56,850 nucleotides of DNA from a virus (taxonomy: Duplodnaviria > Caudoviricetes): IMG/VR virus record IMGVR_UViG_3300020156_000033, positions 1 through 56,850 of that record; one strand, written 5' to 3'. Position 1 is the first letter of the stretch. The number at the start of each line of letters is the position of its first letter. A program made the position numbers and the translations under genes. Below are positions 34,301 through 42,946 of this stretch, piece by piece. A model generated the notes under the pieces. That model searched no databases and was not told the DNA's origin. It was given only the letters and a program-made list of their open reading frames with translations.

Positions 34301-36321
34301 TCCCAGGACATGGCCAGAGCCGCGACGGCCGACACACCCGCCAGCGCCCAACCCCATCCAGGGATCGCTGAGATGGCCGCTCGCAGCCCAATGGCACCGA
34401 CCGTGGCTCCCCGCATGCCCGTCGCCGCCGCAGCCGTCCCAGCGGCCGTCTGGGCGCCCATGGCACCCATTGCCGCACCGGCCGTCGTCGCGCCCGTGGA
34501 CATGGTGCCGAACGTCTGCGCGGCGAGCACACCCAACCCGCGCAACGAGACGCCGCCGATGGAGGCGGTCTGCGCCGTGACGAACTGGAGGGCCAGCATC
34601 GCCGCCATGGTGGTGGCCAGCGCGATGCGGAAGCCGAGGAAGGCGGCCACGCCCAGGCTGATCAGCGCCACGACCGCGCCGAGCGCCCGGACGAAGGGGT
34701 TGTCCAGCAGGGTGATCAGCTCGGTGACGCCGTTGACCAGCAGTGTCAGCACCGGCACGAACCCCTGGCCCACACCCGCCGCGAAGTTGCGCATCGCGTT
34801 GATCATGCGGGTGATGCTGGCGTCCAGGGTGTTGAAGACGACCGCCGACTCCTCGCCGAGGTAGGTCCCCTGGGCGTAGGAGGTGTAGGCGGTGTTCATG
34901 CTGTCGGCCAGCAGCTGGTAGTTGCCGCTGAGCCGGGACACCATGTTGATGTCACGGACGTTGGCCATGCCGAGTTCGGTCATGACCTGGCTGGCACTGC
35001 CGCCCGCGTCGCGCACGCCCTCCAGGCCCTGGATGAACCGCATGAAGAACTCGTCGGGGTTGGTCTCCCAGAGCTTCGCGGTCTCCTGGACGGTCATGTC
35101 CATGACCCGGGCGTAGATCGCCAGGTTGTCGTTGACGCCCATGACGGCGTTGTCGATGTCGGCGAAGATGCGCTCGGTCGAACCGCGCGCCGCCTCCGGC
35201 GCGACCCGCAGGGAGGCCAGGGCCGAGGACAGGCCGAGCACCGACTGCGTGCTCAGGCCCGCCTGGTTGGCCGCCGCCGCGATCTGCTCGGCCACGCCCA
35301 GGATGTCGGTCTCCGTGGCCGCCGAGTTGTCGCCGAGTTCGGAGACCGAGCTGGCCAGGTTTCGGTAGTCGGCGGGGAGCACACCCAGCAGGTTGGAGAT
35401 CCGGCCGAAAGACTTCGACGCCTGCTCGGCGGTGACGTTGGTGGTGGCCGCGAACTCCGCGACCACCCCGGTGAAGCCCTCCAGGTCCCCCGCCGCGATG
35501 CCCATCTGCGACCCGAAGCTGGCGATCTCGCTGATGTCCTCGAAGGCCAGGGGGATCTCGGTCCCCATGTCCATCAAACCCTGGCGCAGTTCACCGAGCT
35601 GGGCGTCGGTGGCGTCGGTGGTGCGCTGCACCTGGGCGAAGGCCACCTCGTACTCGCGCGCCGCCTGCACGGCGGCCACCGGCCACGCCACCAGCGCCTG
35701 GGCCGACTGCTGGTAGACCCCGACGAGGTCGTACATGGCGTAGCGCAGCGCCATGGTGTGCTCGATGGTCTCGGCCATGCCCGCCGCCGCGCGGGTGTCG
35801 GCCTGCGCCTTGGCGTCGCTGGCCTGGGCCATCTGCGTCATCTGGTTCTGGAGCTGCGTGCCCGACTGCCCGGCCTGGGCGGTGAGGCTGTTCATCGTCC
35901 GCAGGCTGGCGGAGTAGGTGTTCACCGCCCCGGCCATCTGCTGGTAGAGGCCGAGCGTGTTGCGCAGCGCGCTGGCCTCCTTGTCGCTCATCCCCTGGAC
36001 GGAGGACAGCGACCGGCCCATCTGCTCCAGCGCGGTGTTGAAGTTCTGGCTGCTCTGCGCCGCCGTCGCACTGGAGCGCGCCAGCTTGTCCGTGGCCGTG
36101 GCGTAGGCCGCGACCGACGAGGTGAGCTGCTGGTACAGCCGCAGCGTCGCCGACAGCGACGCGGCCTTCTTCTTCTCGACGGCCTCGACGTTGCCGAGGC
36201 TGGTCTGCAACGACCGCAGCGACGTGTCCCAGGCACCGCCGCTCTGCGCGGCCTCACGGGCGGCGGACGTGAACTGCCCGAGGTCCACCCGCACCCGTGC
36301 GGTTGCATCGAAGTCGGCCAC
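31321..36321 (-). CDS. Tape measure protein (1666 aa)
   Basis: GTG 36321 overlapping previous TAG; Ala-rich helical repeats; C-terminal YADGG-IGG-GGPRQD...EFMVNA. Confidence 0.92.
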   Translation of the reverse strand: MADFDATARVRVDLGQFTSAAREAAQSGGAWDTSLRSLQTSLGNVEAVEKKKAASLSATLRLYQQLTSSVAAYATATDKLARSSATAAQSSQNFNTALEQMGRSLSSVQGMSDKEASALRNTLGLYQQMAGAVNTYSASLRTMNSLTAQAGQSGTQLQNQMTQMAQASDAKAQADTRAAAGMAETIEHTMALRYAMYDLVGVYQQSAQALVAWPVAAVQAAREYEVAFAQVQRTTDATDAQLGELRQGLMDMGTEIPLAFEDISEIASFGSQMGIAAGDLEGFTGVVAEFAATTNVTAEQASKSFGRISNLLGVLPADYRNLASSVSELGDNSAATETDILGVAEQIAAAANQAGLSTQSVLGLSSALASLRVAPEAARGSTERIFADIDNAVMGVNDNLAIYARVMDMTVQETAKLWETNPDEFFMRFIQGLEGVRDAGGSASQVMTELGMANVRDINMVSRLSGNYQLLADSMNTAYTSYAQGTYLGEESAVVFNTLDASITRMINAMRNFAAGVGQGFVPVLTLLVNGVTELITLLDNPFVRALGAVVALISLGVAAFLGFRIALATTMAAMLALQFVTAQTASIGGVSLRGLGVLAAQTFGTMSTGATTAGAAMGAMGAQTAAGTAAAATGMRGATVGAIGLRAAISAIPGWGWALAGVSAVAALAMSWDELTGSATDASTKISDSAEALTQAGGGVEGLRQAVATDTAAWRDTGEAIRVIGENSSGAAGGLSEAEQAAQAAQGRLNELGQSMGVAAGESSNMDTASRTAQGGLYAAADGFRVAGEASEEAANRYTGSAAALGSATQDWITQAVLASDEIKAITEDEELYNSFRDMGIDLNEAIAAGLEEEGGATENLRQQLEEAGVSASESSSKMRQFGEMLRQLVPYGTSAGMEANDLAMEIEALGGAIDGQANQVTGAQRANELLGTSMADTGAAGAGAAGGLDAAGSAADAMGDQMQQAQADADALRGALTGFGSATDAWRNAQDAANRRRDGGGGGGGSTSRERTPSGRELDNGAVEAAKKQYDAVRKWAQAQEKAVVDAARRQHEQTVKQAQAQQEAVVKAAEKQHDALVKAMRDYEKQMADAETAAEEQLRAAEETQREAEQLAEESARAEEDAAERKENANKQLEAAIASRQAAELGLANADPQNQVQWQRALEAAIRNEAAAREKAAAAAAEHGKAQNAVTESQKAAEQASKAVLQLTEALEKAQANSAKAQELSAQRQEQSAERLASIQEAAALKSEQIQERSAARLEQIQAQAAATREARETAAQQRYEAAQERRRVLEDEARAATEANNQAASASTAQFAEDATFSLDQYLVELAKIVEAQHNWVTNMLELAGRLPPGVAMELAKLGPEAAPLVQQLVDGTDAQLQTFSGLFMQTTDDGVQGMVDILQGGIPLAEGTAGDMGEQLVYRFLEEMRAGERPVEEIVADYAEEINSLEDVNPVSTADIDTRRGQLALEQQQRALDEADGREIDATADFETGSFWRKWSNFWNALFDNADDLFGWLRRNFRESLGVVAGYADGGWIGGQGGPRQDNILIAASKDEFMVNAHSARKYAGVLEAINNDQLGQYVRGGSAGVSGQAQAWENAQQIQNSASLQARIPDFAASAVRRGPEGGPRIVYDITITNNHPQAEPTSVTTNRVLQYAANLGELG

Positions 36322-36740
36322 TAGCCACGCTCCATCCTCTGGTAGGACTCGCGCCGCGAGGGCAGTCGGTCCTCCGCGAAGACGGTCGTCGGCTGGACCG
36401 TCCTCACCTCGCCGGGCTTGCTCTTCTTCTTCTCGTGGTCGCGGCGGTCCTGCTCCAGGACAGCACACGCATAGCAGAAGCTGGACTCGATCTTAAACTG
36501 CACGCGGTTGTCTGTGCTGTAGGCCAGCCAGACGGGTACTCCGCACTGCCCGCAGGTCTCGGCCTCCAGGATGGTCAGGGCCTGGGCCAGCTTGCGGTCC
36601 GCCGGGGTCCACCCGTCCGAGGGCTGGGCCTCGGCCAGGATGACCAGCGGCGGCACACCCCACTCCCGCGCCGTCTTGATCGCGTTGACGTAGTGGCGGT
36701 TACCCGGCCACGTCAGCGTCTCCGCCAGGAAATCCGGCAT
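36321..36740 (-). CDS. Tail assembly chaperone, downstream ORF
   Basis: Between TAC and TMP; W---DR-LA-A----E---C--CG motif. Confidence 0.75.
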   Translation of the reverse strand: MPDFLAETLTWPGNRHYVNAIKTAREWGVPPLVILAEAQPSDGWTPADRKLAQALTILEAETCGQCGVPVWLAYSTDNRVQFKIESSFCYACAVLEQDRRDHEKKKSKPGEVRTVQPTTVFAEDRLPSRRESYQRMERG

Positions 36741-37461
36741 CGGCCATCTTGTCGAAGACGTTGCCGACCATCATCGCGCGGCTGGAGGCGTTGATCAGCT
36801 TGACCCACTCCATGGGGATGAGCTTGTGGCGCAGGCCCTCCAGGTTCTCGCGGGTGAACTCCCCGCTGTGCTCCTGCCCCCGCCCGTTGGTGATCCGATC
36901 GACGCAGGCGATGAACACGTTGCAGATCAGCTCTTCGGAGAGTTCGCCCTGAAGCTGCTCCTGCTCCTCCTTGGACAGCGCCTTCAGCTTGGCGGGGGTG
37001 AAGCCCAACCGCTCCTCGACCTCCTTGCGGATCGCGTCGGCCTCCCGCTGTTCGAGGCTGTGCATGTGGAAGGTCAGCGAAGAGCCCACGATCTCGGACT
37101 CCAGGTCGTCCTTCTCCAGCGACAGGTTCTTCTTCTCCACCGTCAGCGCCTTGACCATGTTCTCCGCCGGGACTTCCTCGCCGATCCCCAGCGTCATCGT
37201 CTCGCGCTCCTGCTTGGCGCGGGCCTCGGCCTGGCGGACCTCCCTGTCGATCTCCTGGAGGCGCTTGACGATCTCGGACCGCCGCGCCCCGCGCTCGACA
37301 TCGAGGAACACCGTTTCGGAGAAGGTGATCCTAGTGGCCTTCTTCTGCACCCATTCGGACAGGTCGAAGCTGTCCATGGTGGTGGCGGCCTCGACCTGCT
37401 TGCGGACGTCCTCGACCAGCTTTTCGGAGATGCCGTCGAAGCCGTGCCCCTGCTCGCTCAT
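36700..37461 (-). CDS. Tail assembly chaperone
   Basis: Position after the tail-tube gene; overlaps next ORF by 41 nt. Confidence 0.75.
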   Translation of the reverse strand: MSEQGHGFDGISEKLVEDVRKQVEAATTMDSFDLSEWVQKKATRITFSETVFLDVERGARRSEIVKRLQEIDREVRQAEARAKQERETMTLGIGEEVPAENMVKALTVEKKNLSLEKDDLESEIVGSSLTFHMHSLEQREADAIRKEVEERLGFTPAKLKALSKEEQEQLQGELSEELICNVFIACVDRITNGRGQEHSGEFTRENLEGLRHKLIPMEWVKLINASSRAMMVGNVFDKMADAGFPGGDADVAG

Positions 37462-37495
37462 GTGCTGCTCCCGTGTCCACCCGTGTCATGAGGAA

Positions 37496-37536
37496 GGCCC
37501 TGCACTCCCGGACACGGGCGACGGGAGTGCAGGGCC
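37496..37536 (-). terminator. Terminator hairpin after tail-tube gene; loop complementary to GACACGGG box
   Basis: Perfect 15-bp stem, 11-nt loop UCGCCCGUGUC on minus strand. Confidence 0.75.
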
Positions 37537-37552
37537 AGCTTATCGCCGTTAT

Positions 37553-37795
37553 CTACGGCGCGGTAACGGTGATGTCGCTGGTGTCCGACGCACCGGCGTA
37601 GACGGCGGTGACGGTCGCGGTGCCCGCAGCGACACCGGTCACCGTACCGTCGGCGTCCACCGTGGCCACGCCAGGCGCCGACGACGTCCACGTGGCCGAA
37701 TCGTCCACGTTCACCGGGGTGCCGCCGTCGACGCTGTACGCGGCGGCCAGTTCCGTGGTGGCCCCTACCTCGACTGAGGCGCTTGCCGGGGTCAC
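37553..37795 (-). CDS. Bacterial Ig-like (Big_2) domain, probably fused to the major tail protein by -1 frameshift
   Basis: (SL)TVTPASASVEVG...TWTSSAPGVATVDADGTVTGVAAGTATVTA; no RBS. Confidence 0.85.
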   Translation of the reverse strand: MTPASASVEVGATTELAAAYSVDGGTPVNVDDSATWTSSAPGVATVDADGTVTGVAAGTATVTAVYAGASDTSDITVTAP

Positions 37796-37797
37796 CG

Positions 37798-38364
37798 TCA
37801 GGGAGAAGGGACGACCTCGACCCAGCCGTCGGAGGAGACGCCCTGCGCGTAGAACCGGATGTCGGACTGGACCGGCCCCTCGTTGTCGTTGATGGAGTTC
37901 GGGTCGCCCGACAGCACCTGGAAGACCTGCACCTCGTCACCGGCGACGATGGGCTCACCGGCCCGCTTGCCGACGCGCTTGATGAGGTAGCCCGGCTGCA
38001 TGGGCTTCTTGAACGCCTCGTAGGACTGCATGTAGACCGAGGCGGTGTCGGCGCTGTCCCCCTCGCGGAAGAACTGGATCTGCGCCTCGTAGTTCTTCCG
38101 GGTCGGGGTCTCCACGTTGGAGTCGTCGCAGATGGACGCGGAGTCGTCGGTGTCGCGGTCGGTCCACCCGAGGGTGAAGGGGTCCACGACGGCGCAGGAC
38201 ACGTTCAGCACACCCGAGCCCTGGACGGCGGGGTCGGCGGTGAAGTCCGGCGGGGTCCAGGCCGCCGTCAGCTCGGCGACCGTGGGCGCGTTGATGTCGG
38301 CGATCGCGTCGTATCCGGCCGCCCAGTACACGGACACGTTGGGCGGCAGCATCTTCTGGGGCAA
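37798..38364 (-). CDS. Major tail (tube) protein
   Basis: RBS GAGGAGG; ADINAPTVAEL...SCAV...NYEAQIQFFR; gene order. Confidence 0.85.
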   Translation of the reverse strand: MPQKMLPPNVSVYWAAGYDAIADINAPTVAELTAAWTPPDFTADPAVQGSGVLNVSCAVVDPFTLGWTDRDTDDSASICDDSNVETPTRKNYEAQIQFFREGDSADTASVYMQSYEAFKKPMQPGYLIKRVGKRAGEPIVAGDEVQVFQVLSGDPNSINDNEGPVQSDIRFYAQGVSSDGWVEVVPSP

Positions 38365-38408
38365 GGTTCCTCCTCATTCGCGTGGCCACGCGATACGCAA
38401 GTGTATCG

Positions 38409-38849
38409 CTAAGTGTTGACCAGATTGTTGTCAACGATCCCGCTGAACGACAGCGGTATCGCGTACCGCACGGGCACACCAGAGGGGTCGATCGGTGTTC
38501 GCGGGTTGGGGTTGCCGTCCTCGGACAGCTCCCCCTGCCCGGCGGGTTCGTAGCCCTCCAGGAGGTCGCGCACGCGGTTGGCCACGCTGCGGGCGATGGC
38601 GCCCGTCGGACCCACGCACTGCACGATGAAGGGGACACGCTTGCTGTGCCCGCGCACGCCGCAGATGCCCGCGTAACCGAAACCGGCGGGCAGCTTGCCG
38701 CCCCACCACACCACGAGGTAGGGCTTGAGCAGCCCGTCCTGGCGCGGCAGGTCCACGTAGTCGGGCACACCGCCGTCGTAGACGCCGGTCCCGGGGATGG
38801 TCTTCAGGCGGACGACGATCTGGTCCTGCCACTCCTGGAGGCTGCTCAC
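38409..38849 (-). CDS. Tail terminator-like protein
   Basis: VYDGGVP...PYLVVW; position before the tail-tube gene. Confidence 0.7.
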   Translation of the reverse strand: MSSLQEWQDQIVVRLKTIPGTGVYDGGVPDYVDLPRQDGLLKPYLVVWWGGKLPAGFGYAGICGVRGHSKRVPFIVQCVGPTGAIARSVANRVRDLLEGYEPAGQGELSEDGNPNPRTPIDPSGVPVRYAIPLSFSGIVDNNLVNT

Positions 38850-39262
38850 GTGATCCCCCGTCCCAGTGCTTCGGTGAGCTGCGCCCGCGTTGACAGGAAC
38901 GCGGTGTAGACCGCCAGCATCGGTTCGATGCCGTCGCGCGTGCCGAACTCCTGGAAGGGGGCGTAGTAGGGGCGGTCGGCGTCCCAGCCGAAGACCAGGG
39001 TCAGCACATCCCCCTGCTCCTCCAGCCGGTGCATGGCCATCGACTGCATGAGCCCGGTGTCCACCCGGCTCCGCAGCTTGATCATCTGCTCGGCCTCGGC
39101 ACCCAGCTCCAGCATGCGGGTGCGGATGCGGTTGCGCGAGGTGTTGAGGTAGTCGATGACCCACGCGGTGAGCGGCTGGTCGAACTGCCCCACCGGGCCG
39201 GTGTAGTAGTAGCGCTTGCCGCCGGAGAAGTCGTAGTTGTAGGACCACTCAACCCTGGCCAT
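38846..39262 (-). CDS. HK97 gp10-like neck/tail completion protein
   Basis: RVDTGLM...YAPFQEFGT...IEPM. Confidence 0.78.
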   Translation of the reverse strand: MARVEWSYNYDFSGGKRYYYTGPVGQFDQPLTAWVIDYLNTSRNRIRTRMLELGAEAEQMIKLRSRVDTGLMQSMAMHRLEEQGDVLTLVFGWDADRPYYAPFQEFGTRDGIEPMLAVYTAFLSTRAQLTEALGRGIT

Positions 39263-39701
39263 CGGGGTGCTCCTCCACGTCCACGTCGCACAGGATGTTG
39301 CGCAGCCAGGGGTTGGAGGAGTTCAGCGGGTTGCGCACGCGGAAGACGAAGGTCTCCAGATCGGGGTCGTCCGGGCAGTCGAGCACACGCACGACGGTGC
39401 CGATCGGAATGGGGGGCGTGTCCTTCAGCGGGATCTGGAGGCGCAGGGCGTGCATCGTGATCGGGTCGTCGGCGGCCACACGCGAGCGCGCGCGCCAGTC
39501 CTTGTTCGGCTGGCAGCGCGCCTGCCCGGTCCACAGGACCTCGACGGGCGCCGTCACCTCACCGGTGTCGGGGTCCCACACCGCCGCGCCGTCGTCGGAC
39601 AGCGACAGCCGCACCGTGGCCAGCATGAACCCGGCGGGCACCGAGCGGTGGTGCCTGGTCCACCGCGCGTCCAGCGACGGCCGCAGGTTGAGCGGGCTCA
39701 T
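39249..39701 (-). CDS. Head closure / head-tail connector (DUF6093-like)
   Basis: WDPDTG...WTGQAR-Q...LQIP...DPDL. Confidence 0.7.
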   Translation of the reverse strand: MSPLNLRPSLDARWTRHHRSVPAGFMLATVRLSLSDDGAAVWDPDTGEVTAPVEVLWTGQARCQPNKDWRARSRVAADDPITMHALRLQIPLKDTPPIPIGTVVRVLDCPDDPDLETFVFRVRNPLNSSNPWLRNILCDVDVEEHPDGQG

Positions 39702-40078
39702 CGCGGACCGCACAGGGGCGGGCGCGGGTAGAACGGCACGACCTCGAAGAACGCCTCGCCCTCGGCCGCGTCGTCCTCCTCGGCCTGGTCCCACAGGTCG
39801 TTGGCCCGCGCGCGCAGCGCCTGCGCGACCTTGGACCCGTCGGTCTGAAGGTCCTCGGTCTTGATGACCTTCGAGATCAGCGCCTCGGACACGGCGATGG
39901 CGCCGATCGCCGAGGACGCCGCGCGCTTGACGCTGCCGCTGTAGATGTCGAGCAGCGCCTGGAGGTGGTCGTCGGGGAAGATGTAGGACGCTTCGCCGTC
40001 GCCCTCCCAGTCCACTTCCTCGGTGTCGGGGATGAGCGCGCGGACCTTGCCGAGGTCGGTGCTGAAGTCCACTGCCAC
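39698..40078 (-). CDS. Head-tail adaptor
   Basis: GKVRALIPD...IF-D..L...AA; follows the capsid gene. Confidence 0.75.
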   Translation of the reverse strand: MAVDFSTDLGKVRALIPDTEEVDWEGDGEASYIFPDDHLQALLDIYSGSVKRAASSAIGAIAVSEALISKVIKTEDLQTDGSKVAQALRARANDLWDQAEEDDAAEGEAFFEVVPFYPRPPLCGPR

Positions 40079-40139
40079 GTGTCTGCCCTCCTGGGTCGCT
40101 GCCAGCTTAGACCAGCACGCGTGTGCTGGTCATGGCATG

Positions 40140-40225
40140 AGAAGAGGGGCCGCCCACGGGAAGGTGAAAGCGGCCCCTCTGGTCTCACCACCAGCTGCAC
40201 CAGGAGATCAACAGCCCTCTCCTGG
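40140..40225 (-). ncRNA. Candidate sRNA or structured capsid 3' UTR; terminator loop antisense to CCACGGGAAGG
   Basis: -10-like TACCCT (40230-40235), hairpin CCAGGAG/CTCCTGG, 11-bp stem 40143-40153/40170-40180 with loop UUUCACCUUCCCGUGG. Confidence 0.6.
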
Positions 40226-40260
40226 GGCAAGGGTACTACATGCGGAGCCGGATACCGCTA

Positions 40261-41391
40261 TCAGGTGCCCGAGCCGTTGGACACGATCGTCGGGGACGGG
40301 TCCAGGCCCTTGGCCCCGACGAAGTGCCGGACGCGGTACTGGACGTCGTCGTTGAGGAACGACCCCTGGAGCGGGTCGATGTCCCCGCCGCCCAGAGCGC
40401 GGCCCTGGTCGCCGGAGATCCGCAGCTCAGGGGTCTCGTGCCCGCGCAGGAACCCGGTGACCAGCGCGGTCCGGCCGCTGATCCCGGTCTCGCCCCCGGA
40501 GGGGACCAGGTACCAGGTGGTGTCCGCGTTGACCGAGGTGTCCAGGACCGGCAGCCAGTACTCGACCACGACCGACACCGGGAAGGGCATCCCGGGGTTG
40601 GTGCGGGTGGTCTCGACGGAGCCGTCGGGCAGCGTCACCTCGCGGGTGACCTCCACCGCGTTCAGGATCTCCTGGGCGACGATCTGGAGCGACGGCGGGA
40701 CCACCAGGGCGAAGTTGCGGACGGTGACCGGACGGCCGTTGACCCGGCGGTCGGTGACCTGGCGCATCGCCTCGACCAGCGACTCCCGGGTGAGCGGCGG
40801 GTTGCCGTCCATCAGGTTGCCGTTGCTGGCGTTGAAGAACGCCGGGTTCGGGCCGGTGGTGGTGGCCAGCACACCCGCCGTCAGGATCTGCTCGGTCTGG
40901 CGGGCCAGCTCGGCCATGGCACCGGGCATCTGCTGGATGAGCTGGTACTCGTCGTTGATGAACGCTTCCATGCTGAAGGGGAAGCGGCCACCGTGCTTGC
41001 CGATCTGGTACTGCCCGCTCGCCGTGTCGTACTCGAAGACCGGGTACTCGGTCAGCTCGGGCACGCGCGGCAGCATGGTCATGCCGTTGGTGTCGCCCAG
41101 CGTCGGGGCGCCGCCGTTCACGGCGGGCAGCAGGCCGGTGTCCAGCCGGAACTCGCGCCAGGTCTGCGGCTTGAAGTCCGGGACGGCGACGCGCCGCGAG
41201 TACTGCGGCCAGGTGACGGGGAAGGCATCGTACTGCGCCCGGACCTCGTCCTGCGTGATGCGGCGGAACAGCTCCGGGAACTCGTCGGAGGTGGAGACCG
41301 CCTCCTTGAGCCGGGCCTGCGCAACCCAGTCGCCGCGCATGGCGGAAGCGAGGGTGCGCGCGGTGCCCAGCACCTTCTCAGACGTGATCAT
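40261..41391 (-). CDS. Major capsid protein
   Basis: STSDEFP, VPDFKP, VPELTEYP, K-G..F-FS-EAFIND, LVVPPSL, YRVRH; RBS GAGAGG. Confidence 0.9.
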   Translation of the reverse strand: MITSEKVLGTARTLASAMRGDWVAQARLKEAVSTSDEFPELFRRITQDEVRAQYDAFPVTWPQYSRRVAVPDFKPQTWREFRLDTGLLPAVNGGAPTLGDTNGMTMLPRVPELTEYPVFEYDTASGQYQIGKHGGRFPFSMEAFINDEYQLIQQMPGAMAELARQTEQILTAGVLATTTGPNPAFFNASNGNLMDGNPPLTRESLVEAMRQVTDRRVNGRPVTVRNFALVVPPSLQIVAQEILNAVEVTREVTLPDGSVETTRTNPGMPFPVSVVVEYWLPVLDTSVNADTTWYLVPSGGETGISGRTALVTGFLRGHETPELRISGDQGRALGGGDIDPLQGSFLNDDVQYRVRHFVGAKGLDPSPTIVSNGSGT

Positions 41392-41421
41392 TCTCAATCC
41401 TCTCGTATGCAGTCGTCGCGA

Positions 41422-41817
41422 CTACGCGGCCGGGTCGGGCGACTGGCACACGCGGACGATGGTGCGGCCGTCCTTGGTCATCCCCAGCTTGTGGCCGAAC
41501 AGCTTGCCGCCGGTGGGGAGGGTACCGACCAGGGGGGCCTCGGTGCCGATGTAGACCTGCGCGCCGATGGCCAGCGCGTCACCACCGGTGATGGTGAAGG
41601 CCCACGCACCGTTGAGGGCGACGGAGGCGTAGCCCTCGTCGTTGAACCCCTGGTAGGTGAAGTCGGGGGCGTCGGGCGTGTCCTGGCTGGCCGTGGACCG
41701 GGTGGTCTGGGCCACGCCCACGATGGAGCCTACGCGCACGGGGTCGCCGCTCTCGGTGCCCTCGGGCACCGGCAGCGAGATGTAGGTGCCCTCCTTGAAG
41801 ACCTCGTTGCGCGCCAT
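41422..41817 (-). CDS. Capsid cement / decoration protein (DUF2190-like)
   Basis: MARNEVF...SGDPVRVG-IVGVA-T. Confidence 0.75.
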   Translation of the reverse strand: MARNEVFKEGTYISLPVPEGTESGDPVRVGSIVGVAQTTRSTASQDTPDAPDFTYQGFNDEGYASVALNGAWAFTITGGDALAIGAQVYIGTEAPLVGTLPTGGKLFGHKLGMTKDGRTIVRVCQSPDPAA

Positions 41818-42926
41818 TACTTGCTACCTCCGAAGATGGTGTTGTTGAGCGAGCGCAGCTGGGTCGCGTACCCGTTGGGTCCGCCCAGCGCGCCGGACTC
41901 GCGGAGCACACCACCCGGGGCGCGCGAGGTCAGCGACTCCTGGATCTCGTCCACCAGCGCCTGCTCGGCGGCGATGGCGGCGTCCAGGTCCTGGCCGGGC
42001 TTGTAGTCGTTGGCCAGCCGCTTGCGGCTGGCGGCGGGCAGGCCCGAGCCGTCGAGCTTGTCCACGACCTCGCCGTAGCTCAGCGCGGACGCGTCGGCGG
42101 AGGCGTCCTTCTCCTCGCCGCCGGTGTCCCCGGCCTTCTCCTCGCCGCCGCCGGTGGCGACGTCGTTGGGACCCTGGCCCGGCGCCTGGTGCATCGGCCC
42201 CGTGCTGGCCGACGGCGTCGCGGCGCGGTCCTCGGCCTCGGTCAGGCGCTTCTCCAGCGCTTCCATCTTCTGGGCCATCGAAGTCATGGTCTCGGACACC
42301 GAGGTGATCATCTCACCCAGCCGGTTCATGCCCACCTTGTCCGATTCCTTCAGCTCGAAGATCGGCGCGGCCTTGGGCGCGGACTCCCCGCCACCCTGGC
42401 GAGCGCTTTCGGCGATGCTCACAAGTTTCCCTCCTGCACCCGCTCGGGTAACGACGTCGACTGACAGACCTTCTACGATCTCGGTCACCACGAGGAGCCC
42501 GGTGTCGGGGTTCTCCTCGGTGATCCCGATGGCGCGGATGGACAGGCCGACGGTATCGGGTAGTTGGTTCTCGGACAGATCCGCGACCAGGTCGCGGGCC
42601 TCGCCCAGGAACTGCACGGTGGCGAAGAGCCCGTGGCCGTCGGCCCCGTTCTCATACACCGCGTCCTCCAGGAGCACACCCGCCAGGTCGCGCACGGAGC
42701 GCTCGGGGCGCTCCCACTCCTCGCTGCTGGTGGGGTGGTCCAGGTACATCTGCATTCCCTGGCGGAAGACCTTGGCCTCCGCCGCCTTCGCCAGCACCGC
42801 CGCCGGGTAGAACCCGGAACTGCCGCTGACGTCGGCCTCGATGATGAGCACACGCCACTTGCCCGCAGTGCTCCCCCGCTTCGCGGGGCGCGTGGCCTCT
42901 CTCAGTTCTGCGCGCACGGTGCCCAT
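41817..42926 (-). CDS. Capsid maturation protease-scaffold fusion
   Basis: GSSGFYP, YLDHP, RSVRDLAG, GLSIRA, SVDVVT-AGAGGK, coiled C-terminus. Confidence 0.82.
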   Translation of the reverse strand: MGTVRAELREATRPAKRGSTAGKWRVLIIEADVSGSSGFYPAAVLAKAAEAKVFRQGMQMYLDHPTSSEEWERPERSVRDLAGVLLEDAVYENGADGHGLFATVQFLGEARDLVADLSENQLPDTVGLSIRAIGITEENPDTGLLVVTEIVEGLSVDVVTRAGAGGKLVSIAESARQGGGESAPKAAPIFELKESDKVGMNRLGEMITSVSETMTSMAQKMEALEKRLTEAEDRAATPSASTGPMHQAPGQGPNDVATGGGEEKAGDTGGEEKDASADASALSYGEVVDKLDGSGLPAASRKRLANDYKPGQDLDAAIAAEQALVDEIQESLTSRAPGGVLRESGALGGPNGYATQLRSLNNTIFGGSK

Positions 42927-42946
42927 CGTCCTCCTCGTTCTCGGAA

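Noticed and set aside
37458-37958. +1 frameshift product at CCC-TGA of the tail gene
   Set aside because: The +1 frame reads as Arg/Gly-rich non-protein sequence; the Ig domain is in the -1 frame
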